The notes under the pieces: model-generated
The model's input: the letters and a program-made list of their open reading frames with translations, nothing else
Told to the model about the DNA's origin: nothing
Database searches by the model: none
Position numbers and translations under genes: made by a program
Assembly: GCA_014686905.1 (NCBI GenBank)
Contig: GCA_014686905.1_4093.1
Length of the DNA: 64,000 nt
Reading direction: 5' to 3' (one strand)
Origin: a phage
In this document: in pieces, positions 25,472 to 34,942 of the stretch
Layout: every line of letters starts with the position of its first letter
Numbering within the stretch: the first letter of the stretch is position 1

Positions 25472-26086
25472 ATGACCAGAATTAAAATGTATGATTTGAT
25501 GCTGTACAGTAAAATTGCCATTCCAGTGCTTAATAAAGTGCTGGATGCATTCATTGCCAAATACCCTGAGAATTCAGTGTTATGTATTCCATTTAGTGTT
25601 CCAGATAAAGATGATATATTCCAAGTGAATGTCAGTACACGTGGTATTACATTGCAGCAGAAATATATGGATACGGAATATTATGGAATAAAGTTGGATT
25701 CAGTACAGGGTTCTAAATCAGCCTATGATTTTTTTGTTCCTAATAACATCGAGTCATGGGAAACAAACATTTCAAAGAAAGATGAAAATGATGTTCCTAT
25801 TAGTGGTGTGTTCAACAATAAAGTTTTTTATTATTACGAAACCGACAAATTCCCTGAAGAGTTATATTACAATTCAGAAATGAATGAAGATGTAGATGCA
25901 TTCATGTTTCAATTATCGTTAGTACATGATATCATTGATGTTCAAGAGTTAAGAGCAGAAATCAATTTAGCTAAAGAGTTATCGGACATGCTCCCACCGT
26001 TTAGTATGCTTTTTTGTGAAGGAGGTTATTTTTCAAAAGAAGTGTTTGAACATTTCGTAGATGTTGTAAAAGGGTTGGATATATAG
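25472..26086 (+). CDS. FQxS-family protein
   Basis: motif DAFMFQLSLVHD. Confidence 0.55.
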   Translation: MTRIKMYDLMLYSKIAIPVLNKVLDAFIAKYPENSVLCIPFSVPDKDDIFQVNVSTRGITLQQKYMDTEYYGIKLDSVQGSKSAYDFFVPNNIESWETNISKKDENDVPISGVFNNKVFYYYETDKFPEELYYNSEMNEDVDAFMFQLSLVHDIIDVQELRAEINLAKELSDMLPPFSMLFCEGGYFSKEVFEHFVDVVKGLDI

Positions 26087-26087
26087 T

Positions 26088-26282
26088 ATGCTTATAATTG
26101 ATATTAAACAAAAATACCGTAAGTTTGATTGGTTCACCGATAGTTTCCAGCTTGAATTATTACATATGAATATCAGTGAAACATTATGTGCAGAAACACA
26201 AGATGAATTTGATGATAGAGTGATGAACATAGTAATGCTTTCTTGCTTTAAACATTTTGGTTATTTTTTCGGACAGAATTGA
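26088..26282 (+). CDS. hypothetical protein (64 aa)
   Basis: track ORF. Confidence 0.4.
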   Translation: MLIIDIKQKYRKFDWFTDSFQLELLHMNISETLCAETQDEFDDRVMNIVMLSCFKHFGYFFGQN

Positions 26283-26290
26283 GGTAAAAA

Positions 26291-26806
26291 ATGCATCAAC
26301 ACAAGCATCATTCATATGATTTTGCAATTAACATTATGAAGTTCATTCGAGCGTTGGAGGATGGGAAGCTTAGTCATAAGTACACCAAAGTGGGTGACAA
26401 TTGGTTCAGAAATGATTCCGAGTTCAGTTGTCATAAAATCGTGTATAGTAATCAGTACAGTGCCAATTACCTACAAGATGTAGTGATGTGTTTTGAATAC
26501 GTGTTGCAGTTCAGGGGTTCAATCCAAGATGAGTTGATGGAGCACATGTACATCCGATACCTTCCAATGCTCAAAGATGAAAATGTATTATTAAATTCAA
26601 TATACCAACGAGTTCGTGAAATTGAGTGCAGGGATATATTAGATACAGAAGAATCGTATTTCCAGCAATCCCTGATTTATGCACCTGATTTATTACAGGT
26701 ACATAATTTGTTTAATACATTACGTCAAAACATCAGTACAGACATATTTTTGTCATTATCGGATTATGATACATTTGTCAAAGATTTAGAGGAAATAGGT
26801 TTATGA
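26291..26806 (+). CDS. FQxS-family protein
   Basis: motif EESYFQQSLIYA; RBS GAGGTAAAAA. Confidence 0.6.
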   Translation: MHQHKHHSYDFAINIMKFIRALEDGKLSHKYTKVGDNWFRNDSEFSCHKIVYSNQYSANYLQDVVMCFEYVLQFRGSIQDELMEHMYIRYLPMLKDENVLLNSIYQRVREIECRDILDTEESYFQQSLIYAPDLLQVHNLFNTLRQNISTDIFLSLSDYDTFVKDLEEIGL

Positions 26807-27144
26807 GTCGATTTTCGGTTTGTGTGGTAAACATAAAAAGTGATGGTAGTTTAATTGAATTAGATGTATATGATGATGATAATGCATATGGTATTAAAGT
26901 ACAGGATAATGATGTGCAGTTCAGTTCAAGAACAAATTTTGAAAATCCAGTCCAAGTTCCTAATTTCATAGAAGATGAAGCAGCACGTTTCCAATACGAA
27001 ACGGCCTTTGATAATGTACATATGCATATTATTATGCAACAAAGTTTAGTTCAATTAGTTCCTTTGTTCAGACAAAATATATATGTACATGAAGTGTCGA
27101 TTAATGGCATTCAAAGTTCCGTATTGTTCGATACAAATATGTAA
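26803..27144 (+). CDS. FQxS-family protein (variant)
   Basis: motif EAARFQYETAFD. Confidence 0.5.
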   Translation: MSRFSVCVVNIKSDGSLIELDVYDDDNAYGIKVQDNDVQFSSRTNFENPVQVPNFIEDEAARFQYETAFDNVHMHIIMQQSLVQLVPLFRQNIYVHEVSINGIQSSVLFDTNM

Positions 27145-27154
27145 GGAAAGTACA

Positions 27155-27706
27155 ATGAGTTCAATGAGTTTATTAGATACATTAGAAAAAGACAGAAGTG
27201 CAATTAAGCGTTTAAAAGAGCAAGTACAAAAGATTGTATACAACGTTGATAAGTTTGAAGTCCCAGGAAGATTTGGTGATATTTCCCATACGGAGATCAA
27301 ATCCCTTAAGTCAGATTTGTTGATTAAAAATAAAAATGGGTTGATTTTAGTTTTGAGTTCAGATATGATGGGGGCAACACATAGTTATAATGCAGTATCG
27401 GTGCGTTCAGAGTGTGAAGGTATATATCTATCACAGGGTTTCAATAGCGAGACACAGGTTTGTTTTTGTGATGCAGTACATGACCCTATGAAGTTCACGA
27501 GAAGTGAAGCCCAAGCGTTATTAGAGCTATCAGACGAGAGTTTGTTTCAGTACAGTACAATGTATGACAATGATAAGCTTCGTTGTATGTACGCTGTAAA
27601 GCATTATACACAGGAGTTTTCTGGATTTGCATACCTTTTAGTTAGAACCAATACCAGATATATTGATATGTTAGAAGATTACATCGATAAAGTTGTTAAT
27701 GTATGA
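27155..27706 (+). CDS. FQxS-family protein
   Basis: motif DESLFQYSTMYD; RBS AAGGAAAG, ATG 27155. Confidence 0.55.
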   Translation: MSSMSLLDTLEKDRSAIKRLKEQVQKIVYNVDKFEVPGRFGDISHTEIKSLKSDLLIKNKNGLILVLSSDMMGATHSYNAVSVRSECEGIYLSQGFNSETQVCFCDAVHDPMKFTRSEAQALLELSDESLFQYSTMYDNDKLRCMYAVKHYTQEFSGFAYLLVRTNTRYIDMLEDYIDKVVNV

Positions 27707-27728
27707 TGTATTATTATGTGATGGGATA

Positions 27729-27896
27729 ATGCTGATGAAAGAGTTATTTGAAGATCAGTTCAATACATATGTGGATAATATTCTTTATTCCAGCCGTGCT
27801 AGTCAACGAGGAAATCGTGCTTACAATATAGATTACCTATTAGTGGTGCTGAGTTCACAGTACACCTACGCTGTACAGAGGACATATTATGAATAA
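27729..27896 (+). CDS. hypothetical small protein
   Basis: track ORF 27693..27896; start uncertain. Confidence 0.3.
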   Translation: MLMKELFEDQFNTYVDNILYSSRASQRGNRAYNIDYLLVVLSSQYTYAVQRTYYE

Positions 27897-28092
27897 TTTT
27901 AGAGATGTTGCTAAGGAGAAGTTCAAGTGCAGTTTAGATTTTGGGTTAAATGATTTTCTGACATGCACAATGTACAGGAATGATGATTATGAGCAATCCG
28001 TAATTTCGTTGCACAGATATTTCGAAATAATTTACGCAAGATATCTTAGAAGGTTAGAGGGAATAGGGGATTGGAATTATGATTACGTTTGA
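27889..28092 (+). CDS. hypothetical small protein (67 aa)
   Basis: track ORF. Confidence 0.4.
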   Translation: MNNFRDVAKEKFKCSLDFGLNDFLTCTMYRNDDYEQSVISLHRYFEIIYARYLRRLEGIGDWNYDYV

Positions 28093-28303
28093 AGAGCCGG
28101 AAGTGGCATATTGCTTTAGTGTGAAAGGTTTTGAATTCATGATGGATTCTATTTTGAAGGATACATATTTGGTTCAGATTGCAGTTGCAGATAATACAGA
28201 TAATGCATTACAGCGAGTATTGAATATATACGAGAGGACGAGTCGAAGGCTTTGTGCAATGAAAAGGATTGAAGAAATCAAGGTTTCTAGGCTGAATAAA
28301 TAG
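28079..28303 (+). CDS. hypothetical small protein (74 aa)
   Basis: track ORF. Confidence 0.4.
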   Translation: MITFEEPEVAYCFSVKGFEFMMDSILKDTYLVQIAVADNTDNALQRVLNIYERTSRRLCAMKRIEEIKVSRLNK

Positions 28304-28500
28304 AGACGTTTCATTTTGACAGGCCGCAGGGGGGGTCAAAAAAATTTCCGCTGAAAAACATGCTAAGGTATATGTTTAATATAAAGTTTTATATTGTGTT
28401 TTTCAGAGTACAGTTCATGTTTCCTGAAACAAAAAATACCCCGCCGCCGAACGTTCTCCTTATATTGGGGTTTACCTTATTAATTATAGTAGAGATTAAG

Positions 28501-28878
28501 ATGGAAATAAAATATAATGAATTTTGTGCAAGGACATGGATGTACACTGGTGAGTTAGTTACGCACTCTAACTTATACAAGGGTGATTTAAACTACGCTA
28601 GGGACAAGATTTTAAAGTACTGGAATGCTGACTTTTATTTGATGGATTTTAGTACTGGGTTTAGGGGTAAAGCAACCGAGATGTTGGACTATACAGTACT
28701 TGATGATGCTGCACTGTTTCAGGCGGCATTAGTATTTGATAAGAAGTACATCTGTACATTAGAAGAGATGATTGAATTACAGCGTAGAATTAAATGTATT
28801 CACAGGGAATGTATAGATATCTGGTGCAGTACTGGTGAAGATGATTTTTGTAATCATTTCAATCTAGGGGAAGTGTGA
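28501..28878 (+). CDS. FQxS-family protein
   Basis: motif DAALFQAALVFDKKY; C-terminus near-identical in pattern to 29407..29763 and 29760..30119. Confidence 0.55.
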   Translation: MEIKYNEFCARTWMYTGELVTHSNLYKGDLNYARDKILKYWNADFYLMDFSTGFRGKATEMLDYTVLDDAALFQAALVFDKKYICTLEEMIELQRRIKCIHRECIDIWCSTGEDDFCNHFNLGEV

Positions 28879-29039
28879 TGGAATTTGATTTTTTAATATC
28901 AGTACATTCTTTTAAGCACAGTTATCAGTACTTTTGTAATTTAAACAAAGGTGATTTGATTATGGATACAGATACAGAGGCTGTATACAGTTCTAATATT
29001 CTGTACAAATTCAGTACTAATCTGAAGGAGATTTTATGA
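28878..29039 (+). pseudogene. truncated FQxS-family fragment
   Basis: first ~28 codons near-identical to 29407..29763, then diverges and stops before the FQ motif. Confidence 0.45.
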
Positions 29040-29407
29040 AAAAAGAAATTAGAATTCAATTCGGTATGAGGAAAAAAGAGGTCATCTGTACACTGAATCA
29101 TGCGGTCGTGGAAAGCCTTGGTGGTGCATTACAAAAATTCTCCCATTTTGTTCTTGTACTATATGAAAATGGGTCTTTTAAAATCTTCACATATGATGAT
29201 TCAAAAAATTACCGTAATGATTTTGTAAATCTGACAGTACTGTCAGAAGAGGAATTCTTTCAGGAAAGTACTGTCTGGAATTTACCAGGAGCACCAATTG
29301 AATACGTCCGTGCTACACAGGCAGAAATGATCAAAGTAATGCAGAACTATCCAGAAGATTATATGACTAAGTTTCCTGAATCTATTTATGTAGAGGTTGA
29401 GTACTGA
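29036..29407 (+). CDS. FQxS-family protein
   Basis: motif EEEFFQESTVWN. Confidence 0.6.
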   Translation: MKKEIRIQFGMRKKEVICTLNHAVVESLGGALQKFSHFVLVLYENGSFKIFTYDDSKNYRNDFVNLTVLSEEEFFQESTVWNLPGAPIEYVRATQAEMIKVMQNYPEDYMTKFPESIYVEVEY

Positions 29408-29763
29408 TGGAATTTGATTTTTTAATATCAGTACATACTTTCAAGCACAGTTATCAGTACTTTTGTAATTTAAACAAAGGTGATTTAATGCACAGTGCAA
29501 ATGAGTATATTCATTACACTCAGGGTAAATTTACATTCATTGATTACAGTTCATTACAGTATCCACACCAAGATATGCCGGACTATACATTAATGGATAC
29601 CGCAGAACTATTCCAAGAATCATTAGTATTTGATAAGAAGTACTTGTGTACATTTGAAGAAGTTATTGCAATACAAAATGAAATGAAAGAGTATGCTGCT
29701 TTGCATAAACCCAATGCAAGTATTAATCAAGAATACAAATTCAATTTAGGAATTCAAGAATGA
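29407..29763 (+). CDS. FQxS-family protein
   Basis: motif TAELFQESLVFD. Confidence 0.6.
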   Translation: MEFDFLISVHTFKHSYQYFCNLNKGDLMHSANEYIHYTQGKFTFIDYSSLQYPHQDMPDYTLMDTAELFQESLVFDKKYLCTFEEVIAIQNEMKEYAALHKPNASINQEYKFNLGIQE

Positions 29764-30119
29764 CATATGATTATTCTATGTACTATTATAAGTTACCTAA
29801 AGGATGGGACTTGTGCTGTAATCTTATTAAGGGCGACTCGGAACATGAGTTGAGTTTATATATGCATTACAAAGATTCTTGTTTTAAATTTATTCATGTA
29901 TCACATGACGACTATGACTATGAATCTGAGAGTCTTATAGATTATACAGTACTGGACGATGGTGAACTATTTCAGGCTGCATTAGTGTTTGATAAGAATA
30001 AGTACTCCTGTACATTTGAAGAAATGGTTTCTTTGCAAAATGAAATGAAGAGATTTGAAAAAGAAAACGTATTTAATCCATCCCCATCAAGAACGAATAA
30101 TTATTATTTCAATATATGA
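29760..30119 (+). CDS. FQxS-family protein
   Basis: motif DGELFQAALVFD. Confidence 0.6.
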   Translation: MTYDYSMYYYKLPKGWDLCCNLIKGDSEHELSLYMHYKDSCFKFIHVSHDDYDYESESLIDYTVLDDGELFQAALVFDKNKYSCTFEEMVSLQNEMKRFEKENVFNPSPSRTNNYYFNI

Positions 30120-30128
30120 GATTATAAA

Positions 30129-30599
30129 ATGACATTACAGAGTTCATTGGAAAAAGCAAAGAAGATTCATGAGTACATGAATATGGCAAAAGAAGGTTCA
30201 GTTTACGGTGTTTTCAAAGACACAAGTACTCAATATTATGTACCGGATAACCTCCTTTATAATGACTGCTCAGATACAGAAACGTGCATACTAGATACCG
30301 ACCCTAATGATTATGAATGCTTCATTAATATGCATAATGAGTACATGGTCTATATTAATGATACAGATACCATCAACAGTACTGACAGCGATTCCAATGA
30401 CATTATAATTCCGAGTGAAGTACTGGAAGGTCCGTGGGATAGTGAAGAGTATTACTTCCAACAAAGTACTGTATATGATAATGAAGTACTTGATGTTATT
30501 ATAATTATGTGGTACTTTAAAAGTATTGGTTCTGGGAACTTCTATTTCGATTACAAATACGTAAAGAAAACTGTAGATAACGGTATTAACAGGGGTTGA
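30129..30599 (+). CDS. FQxS-family protein (subfamily with GPWDSEEYYFQ)
   Basis: motif LEGPWDSEEYYFQQSTVYD. Confidence 0.6.
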   Translation: MTLQSSLEKAKKIHEYMNMAKEGSVYGVFKDTSTQYYVPDNLLYNDCSDTETCILDTDPNDYECFINMHNEYMVYINDTDTINSTDSDSNDIIIPSEVLEGPWDSEEYYFQQSTVYDNEVLDVIIIMWYFKSIGSGNFYFDYKYVKKTVDNGINRG

Positions 30600-30600
30600 A

Positions 30601-31071
30601 ATGAGTTTAGAAAGAGCATTAGAGATTGCGAAGTTAATTGATTTATGCAGCAAAGAAATTGTAGCAAATTGTCTTAATGGATATCTATTCAAGGAAGGTA
30701 AATCATATTGTCGAATGAGATACGATGACAGTAGTGAGTACATTCACATGTATGAAGAAAACTTAGATTCTTCTGAAACAACACTCAATGGGTGTGATGT
30801 TAATTTGGAAGATAATTACATGTACTTCTGTCGTGATGCTGATATTTTAATACAAGATTCTGACATTATATCTGGTGCAGCAGAGAAACATCTTCCGTAT
30901 TCAGTACTGGATAATGACTGGGGAAGTGAAGAGTACTACTTCCAGCAGAATACTATCTACGAGGAAGATGTACTTGACAAGCTTGTCATTCTGTGGTACT
31001 TTAATAATACAGATTGTCCTAGCTTCTATTTGGACTTGGATCTACTACGAGTTATTAAAGAGGATATATGA
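30601..31071 (+). CDS. FQxS-family protein (GPWDSEEYYFQ subfamily)
   Basis: motif DNDWGSEEYYFQQNTIYE. Confidence 0.6.
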   Translation: MSLERALEIAKLIDLCSKEIVANCLNGYLFKEGKSYCRMRYDDSSEYIHMYEENLDSSETTLNGCDVNLEDNYMYFCRDADILIQDSDIISGAAEKHLPYSVLDNDWGSEEYYFQQNTIYEEDVLDKLVILWYFNNTDCPSFYLDLDLLRVIKEDI

Positions 31072-31511
31072 GTTTAGCAAGTGCACTTGAACTAGCACAC
31101 AGAATACATCACTTCCACGATAACATAAAAAGTGGGTTCTATGGTGATAAAGTAAGTGCATTTGGTGATGAGTATTATCTATCAGGTATAAAGACATACT
31201 CTGATGATATTTTACTTATGGGACAGGATAAAGACAATACTATACAGTACTCTTCATGTAGTCAATATACTAATTTTTTTGTATATATTCCAGGTACTAA
31301 GATTACTTTTGACACAACAAATACACCTGTTGACTTCGGGGTACTTGATGGCCCGTGGGGTACTGAAGAGTATTACTTCCAACAGAGTCTCATTTTTAAC
31401 CAAGAAATTCTTGATTCCTTGGTTGTGTTGTGGTACTTTAAGGAATTGAATTTTGAACCATTCTTTCTTGACTGGGGAGCATGTGAATATTTAAGTACAG
31501 GGGATTTGTAA
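31068..31511 (+). CDS. FQxS-family protein (GPWDSEEYYFQ subfamily)
   Basis: motif LDGPWGTEEYYFQQSLIFN. Confidence 0.6.
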   Translation: MSLASALELAHRIHHFHDNIKSGFYGDKVSAFGDEYYLSGIKTYSDDILLMGQDKDNTIQYSSCSQYTNFFVYIPGTKITFDTTNTPVDFGVLDGPWGTEEYYFQQSLIFNQEILDSLVVLWYFKELNFEPFFLDWGACEYLSTGDL

Positions 31512-31999
31512 TGTCATTACAAAGTGCATTGAAAGAAGCAAAGAAGATTCATGAGTACATGATTATGGTACAGGAAGGTTCAGTACCAGGTGTATATAAA
31601 ACATCTGATACTGAATTTTTTGTAAAAGACCGTGACGATTATGACGAGTCCGAGATATGTGCAGAAACATTAGTACTGCACACTGATACTGGTGACAGTG
31701 ATAACTGTGAATATCATATGTACAATCAGTACATTAGTTATTGCCGTAATGAAGATATTACCATCTACAACACAGATAGTGATGCTGATGACACTATCAT
31801 TCCTTATTCAGTACTGGAAGGACCGTGGGATAGTGAAGAATATTACTTCCAGAATAGTACGTTGTACAATGAAGAAGAATTAGATGTTATTGTAATTATG
31901 TGGTATTTCAAAAGTATTGACTCCAGTAGTTTCTATTTTGATTATGAATATGTAGAGAATACTGTAGGAGAAGGTAATGTCATTACAAAGTGCTCTTGA
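31511..31999 (+). CDS. FQxS-family protein (GPWDSEEYYFQ subfamily)
   Basis: motif LEGPWDSEEYYFQNSTLYN. Confidence 0.6.
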   Translation: MSLQSALKEAKKIHEYMIMVQEGSVPGVYKTSDTEFFVKDRDDYDESEICAETLVLHTDTGDSDNCEYHMYNQYISYCRNEDITIYNTDSDADDTIIPYSVLEGPWDSEEYYFQNSTLYNEEELDVIVIMWYFKSIDSSSFYFDYEYVENTVGEGNVITKCS

Positions 32000-32429
32000 A
32001 AAAGCAAAAGAACTACATGGATACTTTGACGATATAAAGGCAGGAAAGTTCAAAGAAGTGTACAAAGCCGAGAACGGCAACTACTACAAGGATGAAATGT
32101 ATAATAACTCCGTTGGTGTAAGGGTTATTCTTGGGTTGAATTCCAATAGTCCTATATCGTTTTCTGAATACAATAGAGATGCAGAATTTATTAGTTATGT
32201 TGAAAATGGTAGCATTCGTTTTATTAATCGCAAAAAACCATTAATTTTGAATTATGAAGTACTGGAAGGTCCGTGGGATAGTGAAGAGTATTACTTCCAA
32301 AACAGTACTGTTTACGATGATGAAGTACTTGAAGCATTAGTTATTATGTGGTACTTAAAGAGTGTTAACTGTCCTCGATTTTATTTGGATTTCGAAGAAC
32401 TTCGTAAAGATCCAGAAGGTATAGAATGA
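31977..32429 (+). CDS. FQxS-family protein (GPWDSEEYYFQ subfamily)
   Basis: motif LEGPWDSEEYYFQNSTVYD. Confidence 0.6.
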   Translation: MSLQSALEKAKELHGYFDDIKAGKFKEVYKAENGNYYKDEMYNNSVGVRVILGLNSNSPISFSEYNRDAEFISYVENGSIRFINRKKPLILNYEVLEGPWDSEEYYFQNSTVYDDEVLEALVIMWYLKSVNCPRFYLDFEELRKDPEGIE

Positions 32430-32740
32430 AAAACTTATTCAGTGTTCAGTACGTCCCTGGTGAAATTAGTTTATTGTATCTGTTTGATCATGATAATTCA
32501 TTATTACTAGTAGTAAAGAAATGCCAAGCTAGTTCGTTTGTTGAATACATTCACGATAGTGAATATATACCTGATTTTTTAGAGTGTGATTATTACGATG
32601 AACATGAATCATTTATTTTCCAGGAATCTCTCGTATGGGATAAATCGATCAACTTCTTTACGTTAATTGAATTACAAAAGCAGGTGAAGTATCATTGGGA
32701 TTATTTAATCACACAGGATTACATTGAGATAGAAATATAA
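32426..32740 (+). CDS. FQxS-family protein
   Basis: motif HESFIFQESLVWD. Confidence 0.55.
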   Translation: MKNLFSVQYVPGEISLLYLFDHDNSLLLVVKKCQASSFVEYIHDSEYIPDFLECDYYDEHESFIFQESLVWDKSINFFTLIELQKQVKYHWDYLITQDYIEIEI

Positions 32741-33048
32741 TGACTAAAAATGAATTTGATTCACTTTGTACGGTTTATAATTCATTGACAGAAATACCTG
32801 ACTTTATTAATTACATTTCAGCTTTAAATCAAATTATGCATAGTTTTGAACAATCGTTTGAAGAGAAATATGCTGGTAGAAAAGTTCTATGTCATATGTC
32901 AATGTACTTAGGAGATGGTGAGCCTTACACTACAAGTACTACATGTGAAATAAAAAAATATAATATATTATTGGGGACAATAGAATTCACAGTATCCAAT
33001 GGTGGTAGTTATATGTACTTTAGAGATGGAGTGGTTGAATTATTATGA
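32740..33048 (+). CDS. hypothetical protein (102 aa)
   Basis: track ORF; no clear family motif. Confidence 0.45.
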   Translation: MTKNEFDSLCTVYNSLTEIPDFINYISALNQIMHSFEQSFEEKYAGRKVLCHMSMYLGDGEPYTTSTTCEIKKYNILLGTIEFTVSNGGSYMYFRDGVVELL

Positions 33049-33494
33049 GTTACGAAAGTGCAATCAAGAAAGCAAATGATATTCTACGCGTCGTTAAATT
33101 CTTCAAAGAAAATCCTGAATACTTAGCTGATGAAAACCATGATCACGATGAGAGATTGAGACGAAAAATTGTCGCTTTATTTGACACTAATGCGGATAAT
33201 TATAGTCTAATTGAGTTAGCATACGATTATATTTCATTGAACCGAAACGGCAATATAGTTAATATAGAAAGACATGCAACTGAAGAATCTTTTAAAATTT
33301 CAGATATTTTATCCCTGAGTACTGAAGAAGGGTACTTCCAGGGTAGTACTGTTTATGAACAAGGAACACTTGACAATCTATGCACATTCAGTGTAATATA
33401 TCAGAAATCTGTACTAGATGTATTTTATCTTGACACTGCTGAACTGGATACACTAACCAATTTTGTTACTACTGAAGAGGCTACATTCGAGTGA
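33045..33494 (+). CDS. FQxS-family protein
   Basis: motif EEGYFQGSTVYE. Confidence 0.6.
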   Translation: MSYESAIKKANDILRVVKFFKENPEYLADENHDHDERLRRKIVALFDTNADNYSLIELAYDYISLNRNGNIVNIERHATEESFKISDILSLSTEEGYFQGSTVYEQGTLDNLCTFSVIYQKSVLDVFYLDTAELDTLTNFVTTEEATFE

Positions 33495-34027
33495 TGAAAG
33501 TTAACATCAATGACTTTGATGCATTACAAGATTTATCAAAAAAGATTCGCACCATTGTACCAGTACTCAAAAAATGCAGTACTGGTTTAATCGATCCTAG
33601 TACTGTTGTTAATGAGAAGTACAATTTTCATTATGTATTACAGGGTACTGGGGCATTCCAGAAGTGTGAGGTGCGTGAGACACACGTAATTGATACATCA
33701 TTGTTTTCTATTGGTGCACCTGTGTCGAATAATACTATTTTCCTAGACAACGCTGGAAATATTCAACAATTAACATTTAAGAAAAGGAAAAAGAACAATA
33801 ACATTGGTGTGTATGCGATGAAGTGGGGTCAACCTGATTTGAAGCGTGAAATTCACATCCCTAAGTACAATTACAATGCATTTGACGAACAGTGTTTTCA
33901 ACTATCGTGTACTGACCCTGACTATGCTATCATTCAGTTCTATATGGAATTGCAGATAGCATTTAACAGTAATTTGTATATTAACTTATTGGCGATTAAC
34001 ATTGATGAAGTATTCAAAAACATTTAA
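33494..34027 (+). CDS. FQxS-family protein (variant)
   Basis: motif DEQCFQLSCTDP; ATGA coupling. Confidence 0.5.
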   Translation: MKVNINDFDALQDLSKKIRTIVPVLKKCSTGLIDPSTVVNEKYNFHYVLQGTGAFQKCEVRETHVIDTSLFSIGAPVSNNTIFLDNAGNIQQLTFKKRKKNNNIGVYAMKWGQPDLKREIHIPKYNYNAFDEQCFQLSCTDPDYAIIQFYMELQIAFNSNLYINLLAINIDEVFKNI

Positions 34028-34040
34028 TCGAATTGAATAC

Positions 34041-34223
34041 ATGAGAACTGTGAGTGCAGTGTGGGACATATGGTTCACTACTAAACCAAAAATGGATTAC
34101 CATGACTTTAAGCTCTTGTTCTTCGTTGGCTCTAACAAACAGGATGTTGCAATGAAGGGTTATATTCAGCACTTACAGGAACTAATCCAGAAGAGAATAT
34201 ATGAAAATAATAGACCAAAATGA
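34041..34223 (+). CDS. LGTNYQ-like mini-protein (outlier copy)
   Basis: motif FVGSNKQDVA; start uncertain. Confidence 0.4.
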   Translation: MRTVSAVWDIWFTTKPKMDYHDFKLLFFVGSNKQDVAMKGYIQHLQELIQKRIYENNRPK

Positions 34224-34392
34224 CATTGCTAAACTATTCAATATATATTCTACTAGAATGATGCAAACAGACTCATATAGTACTGAATTCAAAGAGTTGA
34301 AAGTCCTGATGTACTTGGGAACCCAATATCAGGAACAAGTTATTTTGGAATATATTAATTCGCTGAAGAAGGATATCCGTTATGTACGATGA
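34201..34392 (+). CDS. LGTNYQ-like mini-protein (outlier copy)
   Basis: motif YLGTQYQEQV. Confidence 0.5.
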   Translation: MKIIDQNDIAKLFNIYSTRMMQTDSYSTEFKELKVLMYLGTQYQEQVILEYINSLKKDIRYVR

Positions 34393-34942
34393 TTTAGATA
34401 TTGCGTTTGAACGTATGGTAATTTTAATGCAATGTGCAGAAATGCATGAAACAATCCGTCGCACCAAAGGGATTGAATATACAAGTAAACTATTCTCATA
34501 CGAAAGTCGTCGAGGGATGGATCATTTTTACTGCACTGATTGTTCAAAGTTTTCAGTACTGAAATATTATCATCCTACTGTTTCCAATAATAGTTTAATA
34601 TCCACATATGACGGTGATCTGTTTAGTGTAATGTATGACACATTACATCCATCAATTTCAATCTATAAAGATTGCGATAGTAGTTTATCGTATATAATTG
34701 AAGATTACTTATCTCCTAATACTGAAGAGAATATTTTTCAGAACAGTGTGTTGCATGATGAATTAAGTATAAAATGCATCTATATGTTCAATAAGTTAAA
34801 AGAGTACGCCGATAATAATTACTTAATTGATAAGTTAGCAGTATTGTCTGTTTCCGTTTTTAATACAAATGACATTGATATGAAATACTATAATGAGATT
34901 TGTAAAGTACATCATATGTATAAGGAACTATTATGTCAATAA
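34382..34942 (+). CDS. FQxS-family protein
   Basis: motif EENIFQNSVLHD. Confidence 0.55.
   Translation: MYDDLDIAFERMVILMQCAEMHETIRRTKGIEYTSKLFSYESRRGMDHFYCTDCSKFSVLKYYHPTVSNNSLISTYDGDLFSVMYDTLHPSISIYKDCDSSLSYIIEDYLSPNTEENIFQNSVLHDELSIKCIYMFNKLKEYADNNYLIDKLAVLSVSVFNTNDIDMKYYNEICKVHHMYKELLCQ

Noticed and set aside
30291-30743. 150-aa minus-strand ORF inside the FQxS array
   Set aside because: Fully antisense to two family genes with the conserved motif; no independent RBS or promoter
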